From NCBI GenBank assembly GCA_002840305.1, contig PHAI01000002.1, positions 138,707 through 202,706 on the forward strand: a stretch of 64,000 bases of DNA. Direction: 5' to 3'. Each line of letters begins with the position of its first letter. The first letter of the stretch is position 1. Position numbers and translations under genes: made by a program. This DNA comes from Candidatus Falkowbacteria bacterium HGW-Falkowbacteria-1. Its GTDB lineage: Bacteria > Patescibacteriota > Patescibacteriia > Patescibacteriales > UBA12465. Positions 46,883 through 55,433 of the stretch are shown piece after piece. Under the pieces are notes generated by a model. It was given only the letters and a program-made list of their open reading frames with translations. It ran no database searches and was not told the origin of the DNA.

Positions 46883-47575
46883 TTACTTTAATTGTATATT
46901 TTTGGCATTTAAAAGATTATCTTTTATACAATTCAATAATAATTCAACTGTTTTAGTGGCATCATCATTGGCTGGTATTGGGTAATCAGCTAACTCTGGA
47001 TTGACGTTAGTATCACAAACAGCAATAATTGGAATATTTTTGGAAATAGCCTCGGCTACAGCTGTTTTTTCTTCTTTCAAGTCCCAAATGAATATAGCAT
47101 CTGGTAAACGAGTAAGACCAACTAAACCTCCGACTCTTTCCTCTAATCTTTTTGTTTCTCTATCAAAATCCAACTGCTCCTTCTTTGTATACTTGCCTAA
47201 TTTTCCACTTTCTTTGTCGTTTAATAAATCTTGATATTTTTTTATTGACTTCTTGATAACGGCAAAATTAGTTACAAGACCGCCTAACCATTTTCCAACG
47301 ATATAAGGCGACTTTATTTCTTCGGCCATTTTTTTCATTGAAGCCTTTACCTGTTTCTTGGTACCAACAAACAAAATAATTTTGTCCTCATTTCTAAGTT
47401 TGATCATAAACTCTAAAGCTTTTTTTATTTGCTCTTGAGTTTTCTCAATATTAATGATGTAGATACCATTTTTTTTAGTAAAAATAAACGGCTCCATTTT
47501 CGGATGCCAACGATTGGTTCTATGACCAAAATGCATACCAGCTTTTAACATTTCTTCCAATTTTGGAATATTCAT
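46883..47575 (-). CDS. rpsB: 30S ribosomal protein S2
   Basis: LKAGMHFGHRTNRWHPKMEPFIF. The start is moved to MNIPKLEEM (cat 47573-47575). Confidence 0.95.
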   Translation of the reverse strand: MNIPKLEEMLKAGMHFGHRTNRWHPKMEPFIFTKKNGIYIINIEKTQEQIKKALEFMIKLRNEDKIILFVGTKKQVKASMKKMAEEIKSPYIVGKWLGGLVTNFAVIKKSIKKYQDLLNDKESGKLGKYTKKEQLDFDRETKRLEERVGGLVGLTRLPDAIFIWDLKEEKTAVAEAISKNIPIIAVCDTNVNPELADYPIPANDDATKTVELLLNCIKDNLLNAKNIQLK

Positions 47576-47782
47576 ATTTTTCTTTTTTGGTTTATCGACA
47601 TTGAAAATAATCAAATACCGATAAACACCTACTGCTTTCAGATATATATTGTTTAATCGGCTAAAAACCAAATATAAACAAGAAAAAATTAAGAAAGCAT
47701 GATTATTTTAAATTATAAAAATACCTAAAACGCCATGTTTTAAGCTCAAAAGTATTATATATTAATTATTATTTTAAGTCAA
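47576..47782 (-). promoter_or_regulatory. rpsB promoter and ~170-nt structured leader with mutually exclusive pairings
   Basis: On the minus strand: TTGACT (47777-47782), 17 nt, TATAAT (47754-47759). Segment TGTTTATCGG (47618-47627) can pair with either CCGATTAAACA (47650-47660) or CGATAAACC (47589-47597), the latter just before the start codon. Confidence 0.4.
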
Positions 47783-47861
47783 TAATAAAACTGCTTAAGA
47801 CACAAATAACCAATTATAAACTAAACACCAAAGTCGCCCTGAAAACAATCATAAATAGGGG

Positions 47862-49361
47862 CTAATTCTGATAAAAATCACTAACGGTTTTATTGAACAA
47901 CAAAACGTCAAAATTGTATATTTCGAGCTTTAAACTATAGTTTCCTAAAATACTATTATATTCAGCAACCGCAACATTGTATTCATCTATTTTAGTGTTA
48001 TAATTCGTCCAATCCCCTTTCTGTTTGTAGGCATCGGCCTCTGCCAAAACCTGATTCAGCTCGTCTCTAAGTTGATTTAATTGAGCTTGAATTAGTTTTA
48101 GCTCATTGCTTTTATCTACTAATGATTTCTCCATTTTTATAATAGAGTCGACTACATCGGCCGTTTTTTCTATTCCCCTGTAAATTTTACCACTAGTTTT
48201 TTGTAGCATTTCAACTGTTCCTAAGCTAGAATTAGTAAAAACATTGGCCCAATTAGTTGAATTTCCACCAGCTTGTCCGCTGGATAGTTGTCCCGGGAAA
48301 ACTCCTATTGGAAAATAGTTTGTAGTTTCAATGAAACAATAGCCAGAGCCATAAGATGATTTTTCAGAACACAGTACGGCCGCCGCTGAATGTTTGATGT
48401 CTGGATAGTCAAAGACGGCTGCTCCATAAGACATTTTTCTTAGTATTAAAACAGCTAAAAAAGAAAAGTCGGAACAAACTCCGGTGTTGGTATATAATGT
48501 TTCATAGGGAAAATTCTGAGGATCATTTATTCCCTTGGAAAAATCATAAGGCATATATTGAACAAAGGCCATAACAAACTCAAGAAATTCATCTTCGTTG
48601 TAACCTTCTTTGTTAGAAAGATTATTTAAATCGGTGAGCAATTTGTCAATCGAATCATCACCGTCTCTTTGCTTCAAAAACACACCATAATACGCTTCTC
48701 TCAAATTACTAGGAGGATTATTGGCTGGATAATAATAATTTTTATCTGAGTTTTTATATTCATTATACAAGCTATCTAGAAAAACTTGATCTAAATAATA
48801 TTGTTTATTTTTGTACTTCCAGGAAAATCTTACCAGCTTTTCTCCGGGGCCAGCCACTAAACCAAGATTTGTAGGATTAGTACCGGAACCAGCTGATAGA
48901 ACGCCTAAACTTATTTGGTTTAAATCTGAATTCTTTATACCCAAACCAAGTTGTCGCATAACATTAAAAGCATCTGTCGGTCGACCCAAATAGTAAAGCC
49001 GTAAATTAACTGGGTTCACATAATAAGCCTGACCCTTGTCCTGAACCTGAAGAAGTATCTTCCCCGACAAATTACTGCGTGCACCATTTTTCAAGAAATT
49101 GTTTATATCGCTATTTGTAGCCCCCAAACCAAAAAATCTCATAACGCTAAAAGCGTCTGCCGGCCGGCCGAGATAGTATCTTTTCAAATCTACTGTATTT
49201 ATGTAATAAGCCTCTCCGCTCTCTTCAACTTGTAAAACTATCCTGCCAGACAATCTTTGGGCCAAGGTAGCAGCGTCAACCGGAAGGGCTAAAAAAGAAA
49301 AAAGTAAAAGAAAAAAAGAAATATAAATATTTTTTAAAAAAATTGTTGTTTGTTTTTTCAT
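47862..49361 (-). CDS. Secreted protein with a duplicated ~70-aa N-terminal module, a transglutaminase-like Cys-His core and a C-terminal coiled coil (499 aa)
   Basis: Signal peptide. LSGRIVLQVEESGEAYYINTVDLKRYYLGRPADAFSVMRFFGLG is repeated as LSGKILLQVQDKGQAYYVNPVNLRLYYLGRPTDAFNVMRQLGLG. TGVCSDFSFLAVLILRK...HSAAAV is the putative core. Confidence 0.45.
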   Translation of the reverse strand: MKKQTTIFLKNIYISFFLLLFSFLALPVDAATLAQRLSGRIVLQVEESGEAYYINTVDLKRYYLGRPADAFSVMRFFGLGATNSDINNFLKNGARSNLSGKILLQVQDKGQAYYVNPVNLRLYYLGRPTDAFNVMRQLGLGIKNSDLNQISLGVLSAGSGTNPTNLGLVAGPGEKLVRFSWKYKNKQYYLDQVFLDSLYNEYKNSDKNYYYPANNPPSNLREAYYGVFLKQRDGDDSIDKLLTDLNNLSNKEGYNEDEFLEFVMAFVQYMPYDFSKGINDPQNFPYETLYTNTGVCSDFSFLAVLILRKMSYGAAVFDYPDIKHSAAAVLCSEKSSYGSGYCFIETTNYFPIGVFPGQLSSGQAGGNSTNWANVFTNSSLGTVEMLQKTSGKIYRGIEKTADVVDSIIKMEKSLVDKSNELKLIQAQLNQLRDELNQVLAEADAYKQKGDWTNYNTKIDEYNVAVAEYNSILGNYSLKLEIYNFDVLLFNKTVSDFYQN

Positions 49362-49741
49362 TGTTTTTTTGGTAATGCTATGTCCAGACTTCTTTTGTAA
49401 TCTGGAGTCACAATATTAAAATTATCAAATTTTTTTACATGCTTTTTTGAGTTTTTTTTATTTTCAGTGGAAACTTTTATTTTTAAAGCATAAGCTAGAG
49501 CATTAGCCGTCAAAATGCCAACCCTGAGAGAAGTAAAGCTTTCGCCAGAGTTTTCTACTTTTATTTCTACTAAATCTTTGAAGTTAATTTTAGCGCTCAA
49601 TAATAGCGCCTCAATGGCTGGCAACAATTTCTCAGATTGATTACGCTTGGCTTCCATTTTTTTCTTTTTTAAAATCAAACCATTGTTTTCCAAAAAAACA
49701 ACAATTTCTTTATTATTTGATGTGTCTATATGTAAAATCAT
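49358..49741 (-). CDS. tsaB: Short TsaB (YeaZ)-like protein, N-terminal half only (127 aa)
   Basis: MILHIDTSNNKEIVVFL...EKLLPAIEALL...GESFTSLRVGILTANALAYAL. There is a 4-nt overlap with the downstream gene. Confidence 0.6.
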   Translation of the reverse strand: MILHIDTSNNKEIVVFLENNGLILKKKKMEAKRNQSEKLLPAIEALLLSAKINFKDLVEIKVENSGESFTSLRVGILTANALAYALKIKVSTENKKNSKKHVKKFDNFNIVTPDYKRSLDIALPKKQ

Positions 49742-49820
49742 AATAAAATAATTATATCACATTATTTTATAAATAAAAAAGTTTTTCATACTACTTTCTG
49801 AAAAAACGATACAAAAAATT

Positions 49821-50765
49821 TTAAGCTTTAATAATATTTTCAATTTCAGAAAAGCTTTTAGCGTTCATAATTTTTGCCCTCAAACTTGAAGCACCAGCAA
49901 AATCCTTAAAATACCAAGCCAGATGCCCCTTAAACTCCCCTAAACCAGCCTCACCTTTGTTTTTTTTTATTAACTTCAAATGTTTATAGGCTGTTTTGAA
50001 TATTAAGTCTTTTAACTCTGTCTGATTTAAATTAGAGCATTTATCTGAAAAAATCCAAGGTCTACCAAGCGCTCCCCTGCCAATACCAACACCATCGACG
50101 CCAGTAGCTTGCACAAGACCTTCTATTTCTTTAAAATTGTTTATTCCACCATTGGCCAAAACGACACCGGAAAAATTATCCTTAATTTCTTTAATTATTT
50201 TCAAATCAATTGGTCCGGAAAATAATTGTTTTAAAGTTCGACCATGGACCATTAAAGCCGATACTGGCAAGTCACTAATATTTTTAACAAACTCCAAAGC
50301 TCCTATAGAAAAACTCTCAGTTCTAATTTTAACCGACAAGGGTAATTTAGTACTTTTTAAAACATTTTCAATAATTTCTCGAGATAATTTTAAATTAGAC
50401 ATTAGTCTTGCTCCAGCTCCTTGTTTTAATACTTTTTTAACTGGGCAGCCAAAGTTAATATCAAAACCATCTGGTTTTATTTCTTTCTCTATAATCTTAA
50501 CCGCCTTAACAAAATGAGCCGGATCAGAGCCAAACAATTGGACTATATAAGGCTTCTCTTTTTTACAAAATTTAAGCAAATCTAATGTTTTCTCGGATTC
50601 GTAATAAAGAGCCGTAACAGAGGCCATTTCACTATAAACCACATCAGCCCCAAAATTTTTACAAATTAAACGAAAAGCCGAATCTGTATATCCGGCTAGT
50701 GGTGCTAAAGCTAAAATAGGTGCTTTGTTTTTCTTTTTTTTTAATTCTAACCAAACATTTTTCAT
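49821..50765 (-). CDS. tRNA-dihydrouridine synthase
   Basis: LAPLAGYTDSAFRLICKNFGADVVYSEM, DINFGCPVKKV, HGRT. Confidence 0.9.
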   Translation of the reverse strand: MKNVWLELKKKKNKAPILALAPLAGYTDSAFRLICKNFGADVVYSEMASVTALYYESEKTLDLLKFCKKEKPYIVQLFGSDPAHFVKAVKIIEKEIKPDGFDINFGCPVKKVLKQGAGARLMSNLKLSREIIENVLKSTKLPLSVKIRTESFSIGALEFVKNISDLPVSALMVHGRTLKQLFSGPIDLKIIKEIKDNFSGVVLANGGINNFKEIEGLVQATGVDGVGIGRGALGRPWIFSDKCSNLNQTELKDLIFKTAYKHLKLIKKNKGEAGLGEFKGHLAWYFKDFAGASSLRAKIMNAKSFSEIENIIKA

Positions 50766-50797
50766 AAAATCTCATTTTTTCAAATAAACAAAAAAAC

Positions 50798-52216
50798 TTA
50801 TTTTTTTAAAACAGTTCCCCTAAGAGAGTCCTCCACCTTATACCCCATTTTCTCTAATTTTAATCTAAGCTCATCAGATTTTTCAAAATCTTTAGACTCT
50901 CTAGCCGCTTCTCTTTCTTTAATGATTTTATCAACTTCATCACTAAGTTTTTCTTTGTCCTCCCCTCTCTTTAACAAGTTACAAAAATTCAAACCCCAAA
51001 CTTTATCAAAATCCAAAATAGTCGCTAACTTGTCTTCATTCGACAAATCTGATTTAAAAATTTCCGATAAAATAGCCAGTGTCTTCGGTAAATTAAAATC
51101 ATCGAGTAGATCTTTTAAAAAAACTTTTTTAAAATCATCACTAACCTCCCCCACTTTACTGCCCAATTTGATTATTTTATTTTCAATATTACTCAAACCT
51201 TTTTGAGCTGCTTTTAAAGCTTCGAAAGTAAAATTTTGTTTAGAACGGTAATGCGCTTGTAAAAAGAAAAACCTTAAGGCTAAAACCTTAAAACCCTTTT
51301 CTTCTATTTCCGACAAACTATAACTAGTCCCTTGGGACTTGGACATTTTTCCATCATTAACCAAAAGATGTTCGTTATGGATCCAATAATCAGCCAATTT
51401 AACTCCATTAGCAGCCTCACTTTGAGCAATTTCATTAGTATGATGGACGCTAACATGCTCTACTCCGCCCATATGAATATCAATAGTGTTTCCCAGGAGA
51501 CTCTTAATCATAGCCGAACATTCCAGGTGCCAACCGGGAAAACCAAATCCAGATTCTACCAAAGGTGAAAAAAATGGAGAAGCCCAAAATTGCAAAGCAT
51601 TTTTATGTTCCCCTGCTTTGAAGAACCACAAAGCAAAATCCTGTTGATTTTTTTTACCCTGATCGCTTATTGCCCCCCTGCCCGCTCCACTTTTATTTTT
51701 TTCTATTTTTTGTCTGGACAAAGCAGTATAATTTTTAAATTTAGAAATATCAAAATAAATAGCCAAATCACTCGAATAGGCATAACCTTTGGCAACTAAA
51801 ACCTGAACTAAATCAATCATTTCCGAAATATATTCAGTGGCCCTCGGCTTAAACCTTGGCTCTAAAATGTTTATTTTGGCAATATCATTTTCATAAACCT
51901 TTATATACTTATCAGCAATTTCTTTGGGGCTCACATTTTCCTTCTTGGCTGTTTTTTCTATTTTATCCTCACCTTCATCCTCATCGGAAACCAGATGGCC
52001 AACATCAGTATAATTTCTAACCATAGAAACCTCATAATTCAAATACTTAAAAGTTCTATGAACTAAATCAGCACAAACTGATCCTCGTAAGTTCCCTATG
52101 TGTTGAGTCCAATAAACTGTCGGTCCACAATAATAAAAACTAAGTTCACCGGACTTTAATGGCTTAAACTCTTCTTTTTTTCGATTTAGAGTGTTGTATA
52201 ATAGTATTTTTTTCAT
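50798..52216 (-). CDS. cysS: Cysteinyl-tRNA synthetase
   Basis: YCGPTVYWTQHIGNLR (HIGH), KMSKSQG (KMSKS), GWHLECS. Confidence 0.95.
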   Translation of the reverse strand: MKKILLYNTLNRKKEEFKPLKSGELSFYYCGPTVYWTQHIGNLRGSVCADLVHRTFKYLNYEVSMVRNYTDVGHLVSDEDEGEDKIEKTAKKENVSPKEIADKYIKVYENDIAKINILEPRFKPRATEYISEMIDLVQVLVAKGYAYSSDLAIYFDISKFKNYTALSRQKIEKNKSGAGRGAISDQGKKNQQDFALWFFKAGEHKNALQFWASPFFSPLVESGFGFPGWHLECSAMIKSLLGNTIDIHMGGVEHVSVHHTNEIAQSEAANGVKLADYWIHNEHLLVNDGKMSKSQGTSYSLSEIEEKGFKVLALRFFFLQAHYRSKQNFTFEALKAAQKGLSNIENKIIKLGSKVGEVSDDFKKVFLKDLLDDFNLPKTLAILSEIFKSDLSNEDKLATILDFDKVWGLNFCNLLKRGEDKEKLSDEVDKIIKEREAARESKDFEKSDELRLKLEKMGYKVEDSLRGTVLKK

Positions 52217-52228
52217 ATATAATTTTTG

Positions 52229-53347
52229 TTATTTTTTTCTCAAAACATTTATCAAGGAAGAGTAAAACTCCAAATTATTTAAACTTGCCAATCGCTGTCC
52301 CAAGGCTTCGTTAATTTTAAATAAATGATTTAAATAAGAAAGAGAATTAGTCTTCAAATCATAAAAACTTGAATCAATATTTATTTTATTAAAATTAGTA
52401 GAAAATGCGAAGTTTTTTACATTTAACTCTTGATAAAATTTACCATTAAGGGACTTTTTTCTTGCAAACTTAAATATCTTTCCGTGACGACCCTCTCTGG
52501 TTGGTATAACACAATCAAACATATTCCAACCCATTTTTTGACAACGAACAATATCGGAAGGAGTGCCTATTCCTAATGCAAACTTTATTTTACCATCAGG
52601 AATTATTTTAGCAGTATAATCTAAAATATCAAATAAAAAATTGCCATTTTCATCAACAGGTCTGGCCCCAAAACCATAACCAGCGAAAGGAATGCATTCT
52701 CCCAAGACTTTTTCTTGAGATATTTCAAGCAAACCATCCAGGCATTTTTTTCTAAACTCTTTACTCAAACCACCCTGAATAACAGCAATTAACTTTGGCC
52801 TAGATTTTTCATCGAGTTTTCTTTTTTTAATTTGTTTTATATATTCAACATGGCACCTTTTAGCCCATTTTAATGTTCTCTCTACCGACGATTTTATTTC
52901 TTTTTCAACAAAACCATAAGGAGGACAATCATCTAAACAAACCATAAAATCTGTCCCGAGATCAAATTGTATTTGAATTGACATTTCTGGACTTATTTCA
53001 TGGCTAGAACCATCAATGGGAGATTTAAAAAAAGCCCCATCGTCATTAATTTTTCCCATCTTGCTATTTCTATGAATAAGAGAAAAAATTTGAAAACCAC
53101 CACTATCAGAAACAAGCGGTTTTCCCCAGTCCATAAATTTATGAATTCCGCCAGCCTTTTTAATTAAATTAATTCCTGGCTGAAGGTAAAGGTGAAAAGT
53201 ATTAACTACCAATGCCTCCATTCCAGCTTTAATCAAGTCACTATTACCACAAACTTTAATAAACCCCCTAGTTGCATCAGGCATAAAAACGGGCAATCTT
53301 AAATTTCCATGAGTAGTTTTTATATTCATAATTATTTTGCTAATCAA
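52229..53347 (-). CDS. tgt: tRNA-guanine transglycosylase homolog that appears to lack the three zinc-binding cysteines
   Basis: LPVFMPDATRG, VSDSGGFQIFS, LDDC, GIGTPSDIV, FDCVIPTREGRHG. At the position where I recall CxCxxC, the sequence reads IDSSFYDLKT (52322-52378 region). Confidence 0.8.
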   Translation of the reverse strand: MISKIIMNIKTTHGNLRLPVFMPDATRGFIKVCGNSDLIKAGMEALVVNTFHLYLQPGINLIKKAGGIHKFMDWGKPLVSDSGGFQIFSLIHRNSKMGKINDDGAFFKSPIDGSSHEISPEMSIQIQFDLGTDFMVCLDDCPPYGFVEKEIKSSVERTLKWAKRCHVEYIKQIKKRKLDEKSRPKLIAVIQGGLSKEFRKKCLDGLLEISQEKVLGECIPFAGYGFGARPVDENGNFLFDILDYTAKIIPDGKIKFALGIGTPSDIVRCQKMGWNMFDCVIPTREGRHGKIFKFARKKSLNGKFYQELNVKNFAFSTNFNKINIDSSFYDLKTNSLSYLNHLFKINEALGQRLASLNNLEFYSSLINVLRKK

Positions 53348-53391
53348 AATTACTTATTAAGCAATAAACCTAGATAAAATGTATTCATAAG

Positions 53392-55374
53392 TTATTCTTT
53401 TATTCTGCCATCATTACTTAAGCTAGCTATAGAATCATCCTCCAATTTTGTCGTCTTTATATCGGTTTTTTGAGAAATAATTGAATTTGTTTCTATGTCC
53501 AGCGCTTCAAAATTTGCTCCAGAAGAAAGAATCAATATTTTATTATATTCAAAATCAGTAGGAACAATAGAAATATCAAAATCAATTTTTATTTCATCGA
53601 TTCCCAATGGCAAGCGGCCTAAATTCCAGAGAACTTTATGATCTACTAAGTCATAATATATTTCACCAGCCGAAATATTATATTTGTTTTCCCAAGAAAT
53701 ATAGGCCGGCAAAGAAACCTCCGCCTTTAAGTCCTTTAGCTCGTGCAAAGTATTTTTTATCGTCCAATAAACCTTGAAAGTTGATTTTTCCCCAACACTA
53801 GGAGGCAACGGACCAGAACCAACCGGTATATTATCTTCATCAAAATATCTAATTTCTTCTTGAGCAGAAAAATTACTATTTATCTTATTTATAATAGTAT
53901 TGCTTTTATTGTCAGACACCCTAATTTTATCAGTCTCAAATTCTTCCATATTGCCAATGCTAAATTGAGAATAACTGCTTACTTGGAGCTCATCACCGAA
54001 AGAAATGTTTTTAAAAGGCACTACTTTTATAGAAAAATTTATTTGACCTTCTTGACCAGGATCTAACTCTTTAAACGCTGGTATTTCTTGCGACGTCCAA
54101 CTAATTGTTTTTCTATTTACTTTACCACCGCTTAAATCATCTAAGCTTTGCCAATCCAAAAAATTACTTTCCAAAACGGCCATTATAACCAAGTCTTTCA
54201 TCATCTTGTCGCCTTTATTTGAATAACTAATAACATAGTTAAGAGTTTCACCAAAATTAATAGCTTGATCCGAGTTATTATCATTAACGAGCAAGCTTAA
54301 GTGCAGGTCACTCTTGATGACACCTAGTGAGAATTCTCTTTCGTAAAAAATCAAATTCTTATCACTTACATCAAGATACTTCAATTGCCAATTGATATTT
54401 TCTACATCATCAATTTTGTCTAGAACTTTATATTTTAAATAAAAATCGTAATCTTTAGACAATAAATCCGACTCGTCTCCCAATTTTTCCGGAAATACAA
54501 GCTTGAAAACATTTTTATCTACTTGTTCAAGGTTTAAAATATCAGCTGATTCATCTAAGACGCCATCGTCAATAACGGAAAATTCAATATTATCCGAAGA
54601 AGTCAAAGACAAAATCATATCAGAACCCAAAAGTGATTTAAAATCTTCAAAGGAAAATTTTAGTACATATTCTTCACCGACTAATACGGTTGAAAAGAAA
54701 TCAAGATTAATATCAAAAGGGATAGAGCTAACAGACACAGAATAAAAAAATTCTTTTTTAAAATAAGAAGAAAAACCACTTATTTCATACCCAGCCTTAA
54801 CTGATGCTAAATTGTTTAAGCCCTCCTTGTTAATTATCATTCCTCGAACCTTTATCTTGGAACCCTCGCCAGAGCCTAGATTGGGAAAACTCCAAGAATT
54901 ATTATTAAAATTAGCTAAAGGATAAGAATCTAAATAAACAAAATTTTCTGGAAAATTTAACTCTATTTCAATATTATTTAAATTATATTTACTCAAATTT
55001 TTATATTCTATTTCATAAAAGAATGACTCTCCCAAAACTATTTTTGAAGGTGCTGAAATTTTTACATCCAACGCAAAAGAAGATTCTTTTTGATTACTAA
55101 AGTAATTAAAAGCCCAATAAGCTGAAAGCAAAATAACAAGCAAAAATATCAGGGAGAAAAACAAAGATATTATAAACGGTCGCTTTCTTCTTACTTTTAT
55201 TTCACTAAGGTTGCTAATTTCTCCTTTATCATTAGTATAAATTTCTAACAAATCACTTTCGACCTGATTTTTTTTATATTCTTTGTCTATTTCTTTCTCA
55301 ATATTTAAAAAATTATCGTCACCTAGGATTTTATGTTTTTTAAATTCAACCTCTTCTTTTTTATTTTTAATCAT
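53392..55374 (-). CDS. Large N-terminally anchored surface protein with repeated beta-sandwich (DUF11/CARDB-like) segments (660 aa)
   Basis: TM PFIISLFFSLIFLLVILLSAYWAF. Repeated segments of the type xYxIxYKNxS/G...L.N. The family call is tentative. Confidence 0.4.
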   Translation of the reverse strand: MIKNKKEEVEFKKHKILGDDNFLNIEKEIDKEYKKNQVESDLLEIYTNDKGEISNLSEIKVRRKRPFIISLFFSLIFLLVILLSAYWAFNYFSNQKESSFALDVKISAPSKIVLGESFFYEIEYKNLSKYNLNNIEIELNFPENFVYLDSYPLANFNNNSWSFPNLGSGEGSKIKVRGMIINKEGLNNLASVKAGYEISGFSSYFKKEFFYSVSVSSIPFDINLDFFSTVLVGEEYVLKFSFEDFKSLLGSDMILSLTSSDNIEFSVIDDGVLDESADILNLEQVDKNVFKLVFPEKLGDESDLLSKDYDFYLKYKVLDKIDDVENINWQLKYLDVSDKNLIFYEREFSLGVIKSDLHLSLLVNDNNSDQAINFGETLNYVISYSNKGDKMMKDLVIMAVLESNFLDWQSLDDLSGGKVNRKTISWTSQEIPAFKELDPGQEGQINFSIKVVPFKNISFGDELQVSSYSQFSIGNMEEFETDKIRVSDNKSNTIINKINSNFSAQEEIRYFDEDNIPVGSGPLPPSVGEKSTFKVYWTIKNTLHELKDLKAEVSLPAYISWENKYNISAGEIYYDLVDHKVLWNLGRLPLGIDEIKIDFDISIVPTDFEYNKILILSSGANFEALDIETNSIISQKTDIKTTKLEDDSIASLSNDGRIKE

Positions 55375-55433
55375 AGTGGTTAGATTTATGTAATAAATTT
55401 ATAATAAAATTATATTCCAAGAACGATTTTAAA

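Noticed and set aside
47576-47671. A 32-codon N-terminal extension of S2 in the track ORF. Similar 5' extensions affect rplL, the RRM gene, cca, ferredoxin, DUF378 and the second DUF4012 gene.
   Set aside because: The conserved protein N-termini begin at internal Met codons. The extensions are hydrophobic or low-complexity and overlap leader or neighbouring-gene sequence.
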